Shown: piece by piece, positions 48,034-60,986 of the stretch
Layout of the letters: every line of letters begins with the position of its first letter
How positions within the stretch are numbered: the first letter of the stretch is position 1
IMG/VR virus record: IMGVR_UViG_3300037087_000760
Location: 124,001 to 188,000 of that record
DNA length: 64,000 nt
Direction: 5' to 3' (one strand)
Notes under the pieces: model-generated
Databases searched by the model: none
What the model was told of the DNA's origin: nothing
The model's input: the letters and a program-made list of their open reading frames with translations, nothing else
Translations under genes and position numbers: made by a program

Positions 48034-50157
48034 AATCTGTCGAGCTCATCTTCTAAGAAAGAGATTGATCCATATAATACTCCGAGTAAAGTGGAATTTA
48101 AAATAAAGGCCCTTTGTTCTGATTTACTTCCGTGTTTAACTGGTGTAATTTTTCTACGAATTAATTCCTTTTTTTCATCGATATAATCAGAATATGAATA
48201 AATATCATATTTTTTAAATTTATTCAGAATATATGATGACGATGATTGATCTCTTATAGTGGATGATAGGAAGAAATCAAGAATTTCTAAATCAATTGAT
48301 TTTTCGATTCCATGTTCCAAACGGCTTCTAATAATCTTTAAACCTTCAACAGTAAGATTAGGATTTTCATCTTTTCCAAGATGTCTATCGGTATCTTCGT
48401 GTTTTTTCGAAGAAAAACATTTTAAAATTGACATAGTATTAATCAATAAAAGCGTTGATAGTATTATTTGAATTGTTTTCAGTAGAGAGATGAATTTCGT
48501 GCCATCCGATAAGTTCGATTGTATGATGATCAGGATGTTTTACTTTACCACGACCAAGAACCCTTGCTCCACTAACTCTTTGGGTGTATCCTATACGATC
48601 AAATGGTTTAAGTTTGTTGTATTGGAGTACGGAAATAATCGAATCCCCTTTAACATAGACTGTTTCACCACCAGAACGAACAACTTCAGCTACATAGTGA
48701 GGTTTTCCACCAGTAGGTCTTGAAATAGGTTCATTTTTATGAATGATAGTGTTTTTATCGGGTTCGAAATGTACAGGAACGAAAAACCATTCACCCTGAC
48801 GGACAAATCCTTTGTTTTTACGTTTTCTCCATTCTTTGGTTTTAACACCTTTCTGTTGCATTGCCACGGTTACGGCTTTTGGACGAAGTAAGGAGAAAGC
48901 TTCACGAATATTTTTAGCCACGGTAACACCTGCGACAAACCAGTGCATTTCATCACGACCAACCAGAAGTCTTTCGGTTGTCGTATCACCATGTTTGAAA
49001 TCTTTTACTCTTTCAGTGATCATATGACCACCAGACCATCTTTGATTCATTCTTGGTGAACGAACAAGAAGTAACATTTGTCTTAATTTCGGATCGTAAT
49101 CGAGAACATTGATATTAATTTCGGAATCATCAATATCGGGATGAATAGTGAGAGTAAAATGTTCACCTTGTTTATCGGTGGCAACATTTAATCTCAGAAT
49201 ACCACCTCTTGGTGAAGTACCTTTGCGGATGGTGATTCTTGCTCCCATCTTCTCGAATTGTTTTTCTAACCAATTTCTTTCCATGACACTATATATTGTA
49301 ACAAATTTATCTTAAATTTCCATTTTCATTTAAAAATATTTCTTTTCCATGAGTTACAAAGATAAGAAATACTTTCAAATAAAAAAATTATAAATCAACT
49401 TTTTCGAACAACTTCTTATTAAGTTCCAAAAACTTAGTTTCAAAAAGAGCCTTCACATATACTCCATCATTTTTAAGGAACACTTCGTTTTCGAAACAAA
49501 TTAATGTCGTGCCGGGTTTAGCGGTGATGTGATTTGAATCATCAACTGGTATATTAAAAAATTGAGTTGTCTTATATACCTTAATGTCTCTTTCTGTTTT
49601 TGAAACTTTCTGTGCTTCAATTGGTCTCCTACTTTCGTTTATAAATTCCATAGGTGATTTAATATTTTTATAATCCATTCCATATTATTATTTTTTTGTA
49701 AGAAAGTCTACGATATCACTCACTGAGTTCTTAGCTGTTTTGTAAGCACTTTCTGAATCAAAACCTAATGACTGTATATATTCATAATAATTGTACCTCT
49801 TTTTATTGAAGATGTACCAAAAACAAATATTAATCTTTTTCATCTATTCTATCGTTTAAAAATTTAGCTAATTTTTTAGCTTCCTCAGATTCCAAAACAA
49901 TTTGATCATCATATATTCTACCAGTAAAAAGATGATAAAAAGCGTATCTGATACGACCAAAAATCAAACTCCTTATAGTCTGTTGACCATTAGTATATAT
50001 GGCAATGTAAAACAATTTATCTTCTTCATCGTACTGAATTTGGATCAAATGAGTTCCACAACTACACTCTGATACATGCTTCGTTTTCATGTTGAATAAA
50101 TTTTTATGGTTTTATATTATATCCTTGAATATAGTGAAATGTTTCGAAATAAAAAAT

Positions 50158-51120
50158 TTATTTGATTTCTATTTTTATGTTTGGTATGAAAATATTTACT
50201 TTATCAAGATCATCTATTAAATCTTTCTTGTATAATTTAGGATACCAATTTGAATCATATTCGATACCAATTATATATTTATTAATACCTTTTATACAAT
50301 CAAAATTATTTGATGGATCATATTTCAAATTAAGTTCAGTATGAGAATTACATTCTACTCTTTCTTCAGCTTCGTGTTTAAAATATGGATCTTTATGATA
50401 TAAATGAGATCTAATTTTAAAATGATGGCTCATTCTATCACCATCGAATGTTATTTTAACTGGATGGTTATTATAATTTAGATTTTTATTTCTCGAAAAA
50501 GATATAAAATGAAATAAGGAAATCATTCTATCATCTTTTAAAATATTCTTCAAATTATCCAAAGTTGTCCAATGATATAAGAATCCAACCTGTTTTGACT
50601 CTTTTAATTCACAACCCCAATTATAATTTCTCTCCCTTTGATATTGTTTTATTATTTCAACTAAACTTGACCAAAAGACAACAGCTGTAGTTCCTACCCC
50701 TTCTTTAAATTTTATTGAATCGTATCCTTTCTTTTTAAGTTTGGGAACTATATGATATTCCCTATCCAATATTTCTAAAACTTTATATGGTGAAAAATAA
50801 TCATAACCATAGAATCTTTGTTTCCTCATAAGATCATTTAATTCTGTTTCGGGTATAGGTAACGATCTCAATAATTTTTCATAATTATCAATTCCTTGCT
50901 CTCCATAAGGTGTTAAATCCAATGTTTTTTCCAAGTGAAGTTTAACTACATAGATATATTTTCCATATCTTTTCGATTCCTTTTCCGTATCGGAGAAATA
51001 TATTCCCATTCTACTTTTTGTAGTATCTCGTCTGGTTTTAAATGATGTAATATCATCATTATAACTTCCATGATACCAAATTTCATTATCATTATTGAAT
51101 TTTTCAAAAGTGGTTAACAT
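50158..51120 (-). CDS. Tandem ART-fold (ART-PolyVal-like) protein
   Basis: MLTTFEKF; WYHGS...GIYFSD...YDSI; second domain LYHWT...ISFSR...EAEE. Confidence 0.55.
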   Translation of the reverse strand: MLTTFEKFNNDNEIWYHGSYNDDITSFKTRRDTTKSRMGIYFSDTEKESKRYGKYIYVVKLHLEKTLDLTPYGEQGIDNYEKLLRSLPIPETELNDLMRKQRFYGYDYFSPYKVLEILDREYHIVPKLKKKGYDSIKFKEGVGTTAVVFWSSLVEIIKQYQRERNYNWGCELKESKQVGFLYHWTTLDNLKNILKDDRMISLFHFISFSRNKNLNYNNHPVKITFDGDRMSHHFKIRSHLYHKDPYFKHEAEERVECNSHTELNLKYDPSNNFDCIKGINKYIIGIEYDSNWYPKLYKKDLIDDLDKVNIFIPNIKIEIK

Positions 51121-51129
51121 ATGATGTAT

Positions 51130-51765
51130 TTATCTTTTCTTTCTATCTGGTTGATCATATGGAATGACATATCCAATCTTATTCTTATCATCATATACAC
51201 CGAATACGAATCCGAATTGCTTTATCATATCTAAATATGGAATATGCTGATTCTTTTCATCATTTACCCAAGAATGTCCACAACTAAAAAATCTACAATT
51301 TTGGATAGCCTTATCATATTCTTCTTTACTATGAACGACTGTAACCTGTGGATGCTTTTTTAAATGTTCCTCGGCTATTTTATAACCATAAATATCACTT
51401 TCAACTCTTAATTCTGGATGTTCGTTTGTTCCGATTTCAGGAAATTCGAGTAATCCCGGCATTGGTTTTTGACCCAACATTAAATCTTCATTTGTTTCAT
51501 CCTCTAAATCAAAAACAACATCATATAATAATTCTCTGACATATTCTATTTCTTTTGGATATAAATAAGTTCTGTATTTAAAAAGAACTTGTCTTACAAT
51601 CTTTTTGAATTTATTATAATCATCATCATTCATTATCATAGCCCCAATATATGGCTGAATTTGTGGATCTTGTTTAATTCTTTCAAACCATTTTTTGGCT
51701 CTTTCGTAGGTGAAAACAGGTTCATCTTCAAATCTTTCATTAACAAATTCTTGAAACTTTTTCAT
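51130..51765 (-). CDS. Hypothetical protein with capsid-targeting-like N-terminus
   Basis: MKKFQEFVNE; TATATATA box at 51784-51791. Confidence 0.55.
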   Translation of the reverse strand: MKKFQEFVNERFEDEPVFTYERAKKWFERIKQDPQIQPYIGAMIMNDDDYNKFKKIVRQVLFKYRTYLYPKEIEYVRELLYDVVFDLEDETNEDLMLGQKPMPGLLEFPEIGTNEHPELRVESDIYGYKIAEEHLKKHPQVTVVHSKEEYDKAIQNCRFFSCGHSWVNDEKNQHIPYLDMIKQFGFVFGVYDDKNKIGYVIPYDQPDRKKR

Positions 51766-51818
51766 GATGTTGTTTTTTATTGATATATATAAAATAAAAA
51801 AACCGGATGTTATCCGGC

Positions 51819-52103
51819 TCAAATGTAAAGATCATATATTAATAACATATGATCTCTAAAATTTTCTCGATCCACACTATCACCAGCAAATTCGTGTTTC
51901 TTGATATATTTATTATACCATCCATTAAATAAATCATTAACCATTTTTCGAGTTAATTGATTTCGGAAAATATCACTATGAACTTTCCCTTTACAATAAA
52001 ACTCACATACATAATCAATAAACTCTTTTTTCATTTCTGGTGAAAGATCTGAATTTTCATTTAAAGACTGAGAGAAAGATTCAAAAGTTTTTAAGTTTTT
52101 CAT
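51819..52103 (-). CDS. Hypothetical protein with capsid-targeting-like N-terminus
   Basis: MKNLKTFESF...LNE. Confidence 0.55.
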   Translation of the reverse strand: MKNLKTFESFSQSLNENSDLSPEMKKEFIDYVCEFYCKGKVHSDIFRNQLTRKMVNDLFNGWYNKYIKKHEFAGDSVDRENFRDHMLLIYDLYI

Positions 52104-52105
52104 TC

Positions 52106-53191
52106 TTATTTTTTCTTCTTTTTTTCTTCTGGTATTGATGGTGGAAAATATTCCAATAACCAAGAATCTAAATTATCAGCAGATGGTTTATAATTATGTT
52201 TTGAATATAAATGACGAACCTTATCGAATTCATCATCAGTTACTTTTGTTCCACAATCTGTACATTCAACTGTCTTGGCTGGTTTTGGAACTGAATTTTC
52301 AACAAGTTCATCTTCAATATTGATATCAATATCATCAATATTTATATCTTCTTCGATAGTATCTGGTTTTATATGAAGTCTATTCATTATAAAATCTGAA
52401 AATTTTTCTATCTTAATTTCTTTTTTTTCACCAATATCATCACTATCATGATTTCTTCCGAGATATTCTTCTTCTGGTTCACCATTTATCATCAAAATAA
52501 CATCCTCACCAGCAGCTCTTCCGTGTCCTGATTTAGATTGTTCCACATATTCTTGATATGTTTTTCTTGCCTCTTCTTCTGTATCACAAGGAATATTACC
52601 GATGTTTCCTACATTTACAATGAATTCATCTGGAACAATCACTTTTTCTTCGATAGGTTTTTCAACTGATTCTAAGATTTCATCTTCTTCAACTTCCTTA
52701 ATAGCCTTAACGGTATTAGCCGCGAAATTTTCCCATTTCTTTTCCCAAAGTTGTTTTTCCTCAGACTTTTTTTCATTCAGGTTTAATATTTTACTTAAAA
52801 GATCTTTATCGGTTTCATTTAATTCTGGTTGTTTTACTTCCTCTACATTAATAGTAGATTCATAAGTTTTTTCTGCATCCTTCTTTTCTTTCTTATAAGC
52901 TTTATGAAACTCTTTTAAAAATTCGGGTAATGAATATTCTTTGATTTCTTTACTCAATCTATCTTCTACATAAACGATACTATCTTTTACACTTTTGATT
53001 ATACCATCTATCTTATCGGTTGTAATTTGGCGACCTCTAATACCTAAATTATCAAGAGGATCTAAATCACCCCTATTGATGGTCTGTCTTGGAGATGGTT
53101 TGATAAATAAATCAGTATCACCACCAACACCCTTACCTTTATTTTCGGTACTTTCTTTCATGAAATCTTCAAATTTTTTAATATTCTTCAT
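52106..53191 (-). CDS. Acidic protein with capsid-targeting-like N-terminus and C-terminal Zn finger
   Basis: MKNIKKFEDFMKE; CTDC...HLYSKH. Confidence 0.55.
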   Translation of the reverse strand: MKNIKKFEDFMKESTENKGKGVGGDTDLFIKPSPRQTINRGDLDPLDNLGIRGRQITTDKIDGIIKSVKDSIVYVEDRLSKEIKEYSLPEFLKEFHKAYKKEKKDAEKTYESTINVEEVKQPELNETDKDLLSKILNLNEKKSEEKQLWEKKWENFAANTVKAIKEVEEDEILESVEKPIEEKVIVPDEFIVNVGNIGNIPCDTEEEARKTYQEYVEQSKSGHGRAAGEDVILMINGEPEEEYLGRNHDSDDIGEKKEIKIEKFSDFIMNRLHIKPDTIEEDINIDDIDINIEDELVENSVPKPAKTVECTDCGTKVTDDEFDKVRHLYSKHNYKPSADNLDSWLLEYFPPSIPEEKKKKK

Positions 53192-54024
53192 TTTGTTATT
53201 CTTTCTTTTTAGACTATATATTGAAATAATTAGTCCTCATCTTCCCACTTATATCCCCTTTTTCGTGTAATTTTTAATATCATCTATCCAAGTTTGGATT
53301 TTCCCCTCATCTTCGGTTGCATCTGCTGCCTCTTGAAGCCTTCTCAATAAAATATCAACCTCTGATTTATGAAAATTGAAAACATATCTATGACCATTTT
53401 TAAAAAAATTTGATTTTACAAAACCTTCTAAATGAGAATCAATTCCTTTATTAATCATATCTTTAAACAACTTAAAATCATCAGATCCGATGGGAGTTGT
53501 TATTTCCATGAACTCACTTTCGTTCTCTTTTTCTTCTTTTATAAAATCTTTAAATCTTTTCATTATTTATAATGACTTATTTTACCAGTTAAAGCATTTC
53601 TTCCACCAGATGATTTCATAGATTTATTTTTTCCTGATTTCTTTCCCAACTTTTTAATTTTCTTTACTGTCGAACTTCTTGGTAAAGCTGGTGAATTTGG
53701 TGATCCCGTGCCGATGCAGCTACATCTCCACTTCCACCTCCACCACCTCCGGCACATTCTTGAACACCCTCTTCTTCTCTTTCAATAATTAATCGAAATG
53801 GGACACCCATGTATTTAAAAGTGATTTCCGCTGTTTCCATATCCAGAGTATTATCTTCTACCTGAGAAGTACTAAATGTATCTCCACCATTATTCATGAT
53901 AGTGTCGTAAATCAATTCTATCATTTTTAATTTACTGATAGGATCATCATTACGATAATCATTATCTGTCAATTTCTCAACTAATTCTTCGAATGTTTTC
54001 AAATATTTCAGCTTCGTATTCATA

Positions 54025-54561
54025 TTATTTTAATCTTTTATGTTGTTCAGGATCACCTAATAAACCAAGTGATCTTAAATGTTTACAGGAACGAACTCCA
54101 TTTCTTGCATTTCTCCATCCCGGACAATCACAACCCCACTCACCAGTTTTTTTATTCTGTGCAACTGTGTAAACTCTATCACTGGTTTCTGATTCGATTT
54201 CAAATCTATTTGTCCATAGAGCATTATCATCTAATTTATGTTTACCTCTTAAAGATGCTGGTACTGGATAGTTATGTTCATGTTCTTCATCGTGCTCTTT
54301 CACGATGTCTAAACCAACCTCAGTACGCTTTGTTTTCTTTTGATCTTCGGGTTCCCATTCCTTTTCAAAATTTTCGAAATCCAAGAGATTATTTAATTTT
54401 TTGTCAATGCCACCTTTTAAATCAGAAACTGCGATTCCCGGTTCATTTTCTTCCTTAACAATGTCTAAACCAACTTCAGTTCTTTTGGTTTTCTTTTGTT
54501 CTTCGGGTTTCCAATCTTTTGAAAATTCATCGAAGTTTAATAAATTGTTGAGCTTTTCCAT
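54025..54561 (-). CDS. Repeat-containing SWIM zinc-finger protein
   Basis: Two KLNNLLxFxxFxKxWxPExQKKTKRTEVGLDIVKE repeats; WGCDCPGW...CKHL. Confidence 0.7.
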   Translation of the reverse strand: MEKLNNLLNFDEFSKDWKPEEQKKTKRTEVGLDIVKEENEPGIAVSDLKGGIDKKLNNLLDFENFEKEWEPEDQKKTKRTEVGLDIVKEHDEEHEHNYPVPASLRGKHKLDDNALWTNRFEIESETSDRVYTVAQNKKTGEWGCDCPGWRNARNGVRSCKHLRSLGLLGDPEQHKRLK

Positions 54562-56220
54562 TTTTTATTTTTTATTTTTTAACAACTTCTAAACCACTCG
54601 TATTGGTATCAGTTGATTTAGGCATTTTCTTTGGGTCTTTTTCTGGGATATCAGTTGGTACTGGTTTTTTATCATCATCCACAGTATAACCTAAACTCTT
54701 TCGAGCATCATTTTTAACAAAATCTTCATAAGAACAAATATATCTATCAATTGGATTATCCCACCAGAATAAATTATTTTGTTGATGTTTTTTTAAATCA
54801 GAAATTACCCTATCACCAATATCAGAATGCATCGTTTTGGTTTCTGGACCAATTTTTACTTCTTGATTCCCCATGATTTCTGCACGAATTCTTTTCAACT
54901 GATCAACAGTTGATTGTCTTGGTAAACTTTCATACAATTTATCTCTAAATATGCTAAATTTTGCAATCATATGGGTATATATTAATTTTTTAAATCAAAT
55001 ATTCGTAATCTATTCTATCAGTAGTATCTATATCAAATCCAGTAACAACACTAATCCAAAATAAGATATCACCAATTTGAACATCTCCATCATTCACTCT
55101 TGCTTGAGATGGATCTCCATTAGCTGACACTGAAGTGAAATAAGTTCCTATTTTTCCCCAAGGTCCATCTGGAATACCAGCATATACTTGACCTCCAGAA
55201 TTAACGATAATCTTAACTCTCGATTTTGGTTTTTGTAAAACTGGAGCATTTCCGTACAAAGCAGGTGTTCCACCACTAACAAACATAGGTGTAATACCTG
55301 ATGTTGATTGACAAATCATTTGAATGTTCAATGTATTAAATGTAGGTCTTTCTCCTTCCACCATTTCACCAGTTTGAACAAGTAATGTTTTTCTTATAGA
55401 TTCTAATTTATCCAATGCAAGTTGGGCCGTTTCACGAGAATCGAAACTCAACATAATATCATTTCGATTAGTAATTTTGATAACCACACAATTATTCTTA
55501 ACAAACCAATGAGATAAATCCAGAATAATACTATATCTGAAATTCCCATCCTTATCCACTATAATTATTCTGGTTGTATCTCCATTTGGAATTGAAACAA
55601 AATTCTCTAATTTGTAATTGTATGTCATTCTTTTTTATTTTTTAATTTTTTATTTCATCATCGGAATAATTTCACTATCTTCCCCTACTGTTGATACTAT
55701 TTGCCATCCCATCTTTAACCAAGATTTTAACTCCGCTTCCAATTCTTCCACTTCTTTTAATACATCTTTTAATTCATATTCACCAACTGGTAATCTTAAA
55801 TAAGTGGAATTAAATCTCAAACCTTCATTAATAGATTTGGACTCTTTTATAATGTCTTTAAATCTTTTTACTTTATAACTCTCTTTATGTATATCTGAAT
55901 CACTACTTCTATGATTCTGATGTGGTTTAAATCCCATTTCGAAATCCAAAATTCTGGCATATTTATTAAATAACATTTTTTCATCACCCTCTAAATATTT
56001 CCAAAGTTCATCGTCATAAGCGTCCATTCCACCAATAGAACCTTCGTGCCCACTTCCATGTAAATCATCATTCAATAACTTTAGAGCTTTTCTTCTAAGT
56101 TCTCTATATTTTATTCTGAGTTCGTCTTTATCGAAACTTTTGAGTTTAAGATATTCATCATAATACTCTTTATCCCTTTTGAAAAATTCATCATCTATCA
56201 TATTCATTTAATTATTTTTA

Positions 56221-57414
56221 TTAAACACTAATATAAACCGTTACCCATGTTGTACTGTTTGCCCAATAACCAGTTATCCATTGTCCACCAACATATGTGG
56301 CTATAACTATATATTTTTGTTCTGTCCTGAAATTATTTGCTAAATCGTTTATTTCAAAATACACATCATAAATTCCAATATCTGTCATTCCAGTTATTGG
56401 AACTAAATCATTATACCCATATATCGTGATAACAGAATCATATTTACTAATTATTCCATCTACATTATCTGTTATTCCAGAAATAAATATATCTTGAAGA
56501 TTAATTGAATTATATGTTGTTCCACTTGTAAGAATAAAAGCGGTTGTTGAACCACTGGTGATTCCAGTTGTTACCCCAGAAAGAACAGGATTCCATGTAA
56601 AAACAGGTGGAGTAGTATCAATTGGAGGATTATTAATAGTTAAGTTTCTATATCTTTCAGATCTCAATACCCAATTTATTCTACTATTTGCTTGGTCTGT
56701 ATTAAATTCACTTAGGAATTGCAATTTCACTTTTTCTTCTGTATCTAAACCAATCAATAATGTCAAAGCATCAATTTTTTCAATGGTTCTGATATTAGCA
56801 TATGGTATATAAATTAATGAATTACCATCTATATCAATAACTTTTAATTCGGTAGAACCAGTTGAGGTTGGGATTGTATAATTAACATAATCAGATATAA
56901 TTGAATTGTAATAAAGTCCACTGAAGAAACTTGTTCTTTTGAATTGATCAGGATTTGATAGTGAACTTTGTCCAAGGTTTGCCATAAGTATTTCCAAAAC
57001 CACTTTGTTCTTCGTTGATTTATTATTGAAATAAATTTGTGGAATTCTTTTAGCACTATTACCAGTTAAAACTAACATTTGACCCATTGTTCTTATTTGA
57101 GTTGGATCATCAGCGTAATAATATTCTATGTATTGTTCGGTTTCTTGAACCCACATCGGATCTATTGGAGTATATTTTGCTCTAACCATTAAAAAAGTTA
57201 TATTATTACCCAAGAATCCATATAAAAGTGGTTGATCAGAAGATTCAGGATTTAATATCATTTGAGCCAGATTAAAATTTTCATAATGAAACTCTAATCC
57301 CTCTAAATTTAATTTACCTTTTAAGTTAGGTCCTTCTACCACAATCATTGCACATTCATAAGGTCTAATAATCTTATCAGCGGCGTAGAACATATTTGGT
57401 TGTATATATGGCAT
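56221..57414 (-). CDS. Probable virion structural protein with Ig-like C-terminal domain
   Basis: T/G-rich, DTTPPVFTW, GITDNVDG, NDLANN. Confidence 0.45.
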   Translation of the reverse strand: MPYIQPNMFYAADKIIRPYECAMIVVEGPNLKGKLNLEGLEFHYENFNLAQMILNPESSDQPLLYGFLGNNITFLMVRAKYTPIDPMWVQETEQYIEYYYADDPTQIRTMGQMLVLTGNSAKRIPQIYFNNKSTKNKVVLEILMANLGQSSLSNPDQFKRTSFFSGLYYNSIISDYVNYTIPTSTGSTELKVIDIDGNSLIYIPYANIRTIEKIDALTLLIGLDTEEKVKLQFLSEFNTDQANSRINWVLRSERYRNLTINNPPIDTTPPVFTWNPVLSGVTTGITSGSTTAFILTSGTTYNSINLQDIFISGITDNVDGIISKYDSVITIYGYNDLVPITGMTDIGIYDVYFEINDLANNFRTEQKYIVIATYVGGQWITGYWANSTTWVTVYISV

Positions 57415-57425
57415 TTTATTTTAAT

Positions 57426-57815
57426 TTATTTTTTATTTGGATTTTTTTGGGCCCATTCAACTCCAGCTTTAAAAGTATCTACTATCATATGTTCTAAATA
57501 AGTTGGATGCATTTCTTTCATATCCGGTCCCGTCTCTTTTCTCACATGATTAATTTGAACATTATCAACTAATAAATCTTTACAATAATTCCAAGCAGCT
57601 CCCTGTGAATTTCCAGCTGATAGAGTTTCTGGTGTTAATTCTTCTTTAATTACATCAAGACCAGTTTCAGTCCTCTTAGTCTTTTTTTGTTCTTCTGGAT
57701 TCCATGTTTTTTCGAAATCTTCAAAATCCATAAGATTGTTCAATTTTTTATCAGAACCAGCTTTCATTTGAGAAACTTCGATTCCCGGTTCATTACACTC
57801 ATTCTTTATTTTCAT
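57426..57815 (-). CDS. Protein carrying a third copy of the KLNNL...KKTKRTE module
   Basis: NEPGIEVS...KKLNNLMDFEDFEKTWNPEEQKKTKRTETGLDVIKEE. Confidence 0.6.
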   Translation of the reverse strand: MKIKNECNEPGIEVSQMKAGSDKKLNNLMDFEDFEKTWNPEEQKKTKRTETGLDVIKEELTPETLSAGNSQGAAWNYCKDLLVDNVQINHVRKETGPDMKEMHPTYLEHMIVDTFKAGVEWAQKNPNKK

Positions 57816-58486
57816 TTTTATTTTAATTTATTTTTGATCACCGAATAAAACATTATCTATAAGTGGATTATACGGATGAAAGTTTACATCAATAATTGTT
57901 TCTCCTTTATATATATTTCCAATTAAATACTTTAATTTAGCCTTTTCAAATTGTCCCTTTGTATTCAATAGTATTCTGATACTTCCAAATCTGATATCAA
58001 ATGGTTTATCGGGATGATTTGTCGAAAATTCTTTCTTAGTTCTGTCTGTAACTATTAAGCAAACCCATTTCTTTCCTATCTTTCTTCGTATCTTTTGATA
58101 CTCTTTTGCATATGCAGTCATCTTAGGCTTTTTCGGTTTCTTCAATTTCTTTTTTTCTAATAAGAATTCATCAAATCTTAATATTATCATATTCGTATAA
58201 TTTTATTTTCCCCAATCTTTTCCCTCAGGTGAAATTTTTACCAGTTCTTTAATTCTTGTTATTGCTTTATCAAAACAATCAAAGAGCTCATCGTCACCTA
58301 CTAAATTATAGAGTTCACCCTTTAAAGATTCTATTGTTTTAATATAAGACTTAGCCACTTTTTGTTCTTCTGGATTTTTGGGTAATGCCCATGTTCCTTC
58401 ATTAACAAACTCATTAAATTTCTTCATTTTCATGGATTTTGATTTCTTTTCTTTAATATATATTAAAAAACTAAAATACTTTTTCA

Positions 58487-60955
58487 ATGAATTATCTTCT
58501 TAGTAAAAAATATGATGGAACATTCACTATTAACTTTATCGGAACTGAAATGTTAAGCCAAACAGGTAATACTTTGAAATTGGTTACTACAGCTCCAATT
58601 AGTGGAATAAAGGATATATATCTAACAGGGGCAACGATTGATGGGTCTAATAGTTATCAATATTTGAAGATATTCTTTAAATATAAAAATATACCAGATA
58701 TAAATGATCTAAAATGTGGAGATTGTTGGAGTGATTTAATACCGATTGAACAAATAACAGGTATAACTTTCAGTGAAAGTGTTCCTTTTAACATCGAATT
58801 ATACATATATCGAATTGATGATGGTCCTTTTGATAGTTTTCATCCGAGATCGTCCATTTACATTTCAAACATAACTTTATATGGTGATTACGATTTGAAT
58901 TATACTGATGGGGCATTTACCATAAGTGGAACAACAGAATCAATCATTCTAAAACCAAAAGATATCTATAAAGTATTTTCAGTATCAGATTTTCAAGTTA
59001 TCGGAAATTTAAATATTTCAAACCTTGATATTAAATGGCGTGTTACACAAACTGATGGAAGAACATTCTCACAATGGGAGCCATTAACAAAAGAAAATAT
59101 ATCTTCATATAAATTCAATGAATTGAGATTTGCACAGGTTCAATATCTTATAACTCCACTAACCAATGATCCTGAACCAGCAAATATTTACGATATTATA
59201 TTAATCGGTGATTTTCAGAATGTATCGGCCAATTATTTAAAAACTAATAAATATGGATTAAGAGAAGATTGTTTAACAACATATTTACAAGCAACTGGAA
59301 CAACACAAATTTGTGGCTTGAATGTACAATCAACTGATCCGAATGATCCTTCAAATTGGAATACAGTAAAACCAGCCAATGCACCTCTTAGTGATCGTGA
59401 ATTAAACTTGAATGCTTATACACAAGGATTGAGTTGTTATAGTAATCCAGACGCTAATGTGGAGGGTGCTTTAACGGCTGAAAATACAGCCAACTCTTCT
59501 ACTTTTTGGCAACCGTATAATATAGATGCAATAACGGCCTATTATAATTCATTAGCCAATCAAGTAAGTCAATTATTTGGATGGAATGTTGACTACCACT
59601 TGACAGATCCAGATAGAAATGGTATAGATTATATCTTACACGAATACCAGTTGAAGAATATTATTGATGTAAAAACTATAAGAGTAATTGTTCCAGAAAA
59701 TAAATTTCCAGAAAATCAACCAAGAGCAAATACGGTTTATTTAGATTTATTTGACAAATTCGAAATTCATATATTAAAAGATGAATTCAAAAGTAAATTC
59801 GGTGTTCATCGCCGTCCAAGTGAAGATGATATTATCTTTTTCTGTCCTTTAAATAGGTTATATTATGTTTCAAGTTCAAATGTATACAGAGATGTTATGA
59901 ACGCTGGAATATATTATAAAGTCATGTTAGAAAAATACGAACAGAAAGCCAATATTCTTAATCTTTCCGCTGAAAGTAAAGCCAAATTGGGAGATCTTAC
60001 AAGAAGTACAACAATGGAAGAATTATTTGGTCAGGAAATTAAAGAAGATTCCGACAAAATAGCAAATAAAGATCAATTCAAACCATTTACCTTCGATGTA
60101 ATGAGATATATTGTGAATAATAAGGTAATTCGTGTAAAGCAAGACATTTGGAATGGGAATATAAACTATGCGGTGAATTATTATAACTTTAAAGATGCCA
60201 TCAGTAAACAATGTGTTTTATACAAAAAAACAGATAACTCAGTTAAGGTATCAGATAACAGAAGTTTCACTTTATGGTTTAATTTTAATAATGGTTGGGA
60301 TGCTTTGAATCCAGCCAGAAATGCTTGGAAACAATATGACATAGACCAGACTACTAATTTCCAATTGTTGAATAATTTTGATGAAACAAATAAATTGGGA
60401 TATAGAATTTGGTATTTCAAAAAAGATATCAATTTCCAAATCAACAATTCATTTTATAAATTACAAAATCTGTCATTACTAACAAATATTTGGTATGGAT
60501 TAGTTGTCATGTTAGATAACAGACAAAGAGTAGTTGAATTGAAATTATACCAGAGAGATAATGATTATGATATTACTTTCATTGAACCTAACAGTTATCA
60601 GGTCGAAACTATTTCTTGGATGGATACAACTGGTTATACTTCATTAATAAGTAGTGGGTTTAAACCAGTTAATAATACAGAACTTCATTCAGTAAATACA
60701 ACATTCAAGACGATAAACGAAACATTTTATGATGGATTTGATCCATTTAGTTTTGATCATGATGTTGATATTCAAATTTTGGGAAGTAATATAAAATATA
60801 CGAATCTCAGAATATTTAACGATGTTATTCCTACTGATGAAATTAATAATACATTGAATGAAAATATTATCAGGAATGCCGATAAGTTGATATTGGCAGA
60901 TAATGCGGATAAGAATATTTACGCTGAAAACTTTGTAAATCTTAATTGGGTGTAA
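58487..60955 (+). CDS. Virion structural protein with T4 gp14-like neck domain
   Basis: LFDKFEIHILKDEFKSKFG..RPSEDDIIFF...NRLYYV...YYKVML.KYE; beta-rich flanks. Confidence 0.55.
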   Translation: MNYLLSKKYDGTFTINFIGTEMLSQTGNTLKLVTTAPISGIKDIYLTGATIDGSNSYQYLKIFFKYKNIPDINDLKCGDCWSDLIPIEQITGITFSESVPFNIELYIYRIDDGPFDSFHPRSSIYISNITLYGDYDLNYTDGAFTISGTTESIILKPKDIYKVFSVSDFQVIGNLNISNLDIKWRVTQTDGRTFSQWEPLTKENISSYKFNELRFAQVQYLITPLTNDPEPANIYDIILIGDFQNVSANYLKTNKYGLREDCLTTYLQATGTTQICGLNVQSTDPNDPSNWNTVKPANAPLSDRELNLNAYTQGLSCYSNPDANVEGALTAENTANSSTFWQPYNIDAITAYYNSLANQVSQLFGWNVDYHLTDPDRNGIDYILHEYQLKNIIDVKTIRVIVPENKFPENQPRANTVYLDLFDKFEIHILKDEFKSKFGVHRRPSEDDIIFFCPLNRLYYVSSSNVYRDVMNAGIYYKVMLEKYEQKANILNLSAESKAKLGDLTRSTTMEELFGQEIKEDSDKIANKDQFKPFTFDVMRYIVNNKVIRVKQDIWNGNINYAVNYYNFKDAISKQCVLYKKTDNSVKVSDNRSFTLWFNFNNGWDALNPARNAWKQYDIDQTTNFQLLNNFDETNKLGYRIWYFKKDINFQINNSFYKLQNLSLLTNIWYGLVVMLDNRQRVVELKLYQRDNDYDITFIEPNSYQVETISWMDTTGYTSLISSGFKPVNNTELHSVNTTFKTINETFYDGFDPFSFDHDVDIQILGSNIKYTNLRIFNDVIPTDEINNTLNENIIRNADKLILADNADKNIYAENFVNLNWV

Positions 60956-60986
60956 ACATTTTTCTTATTTTTTGATATAATATATT

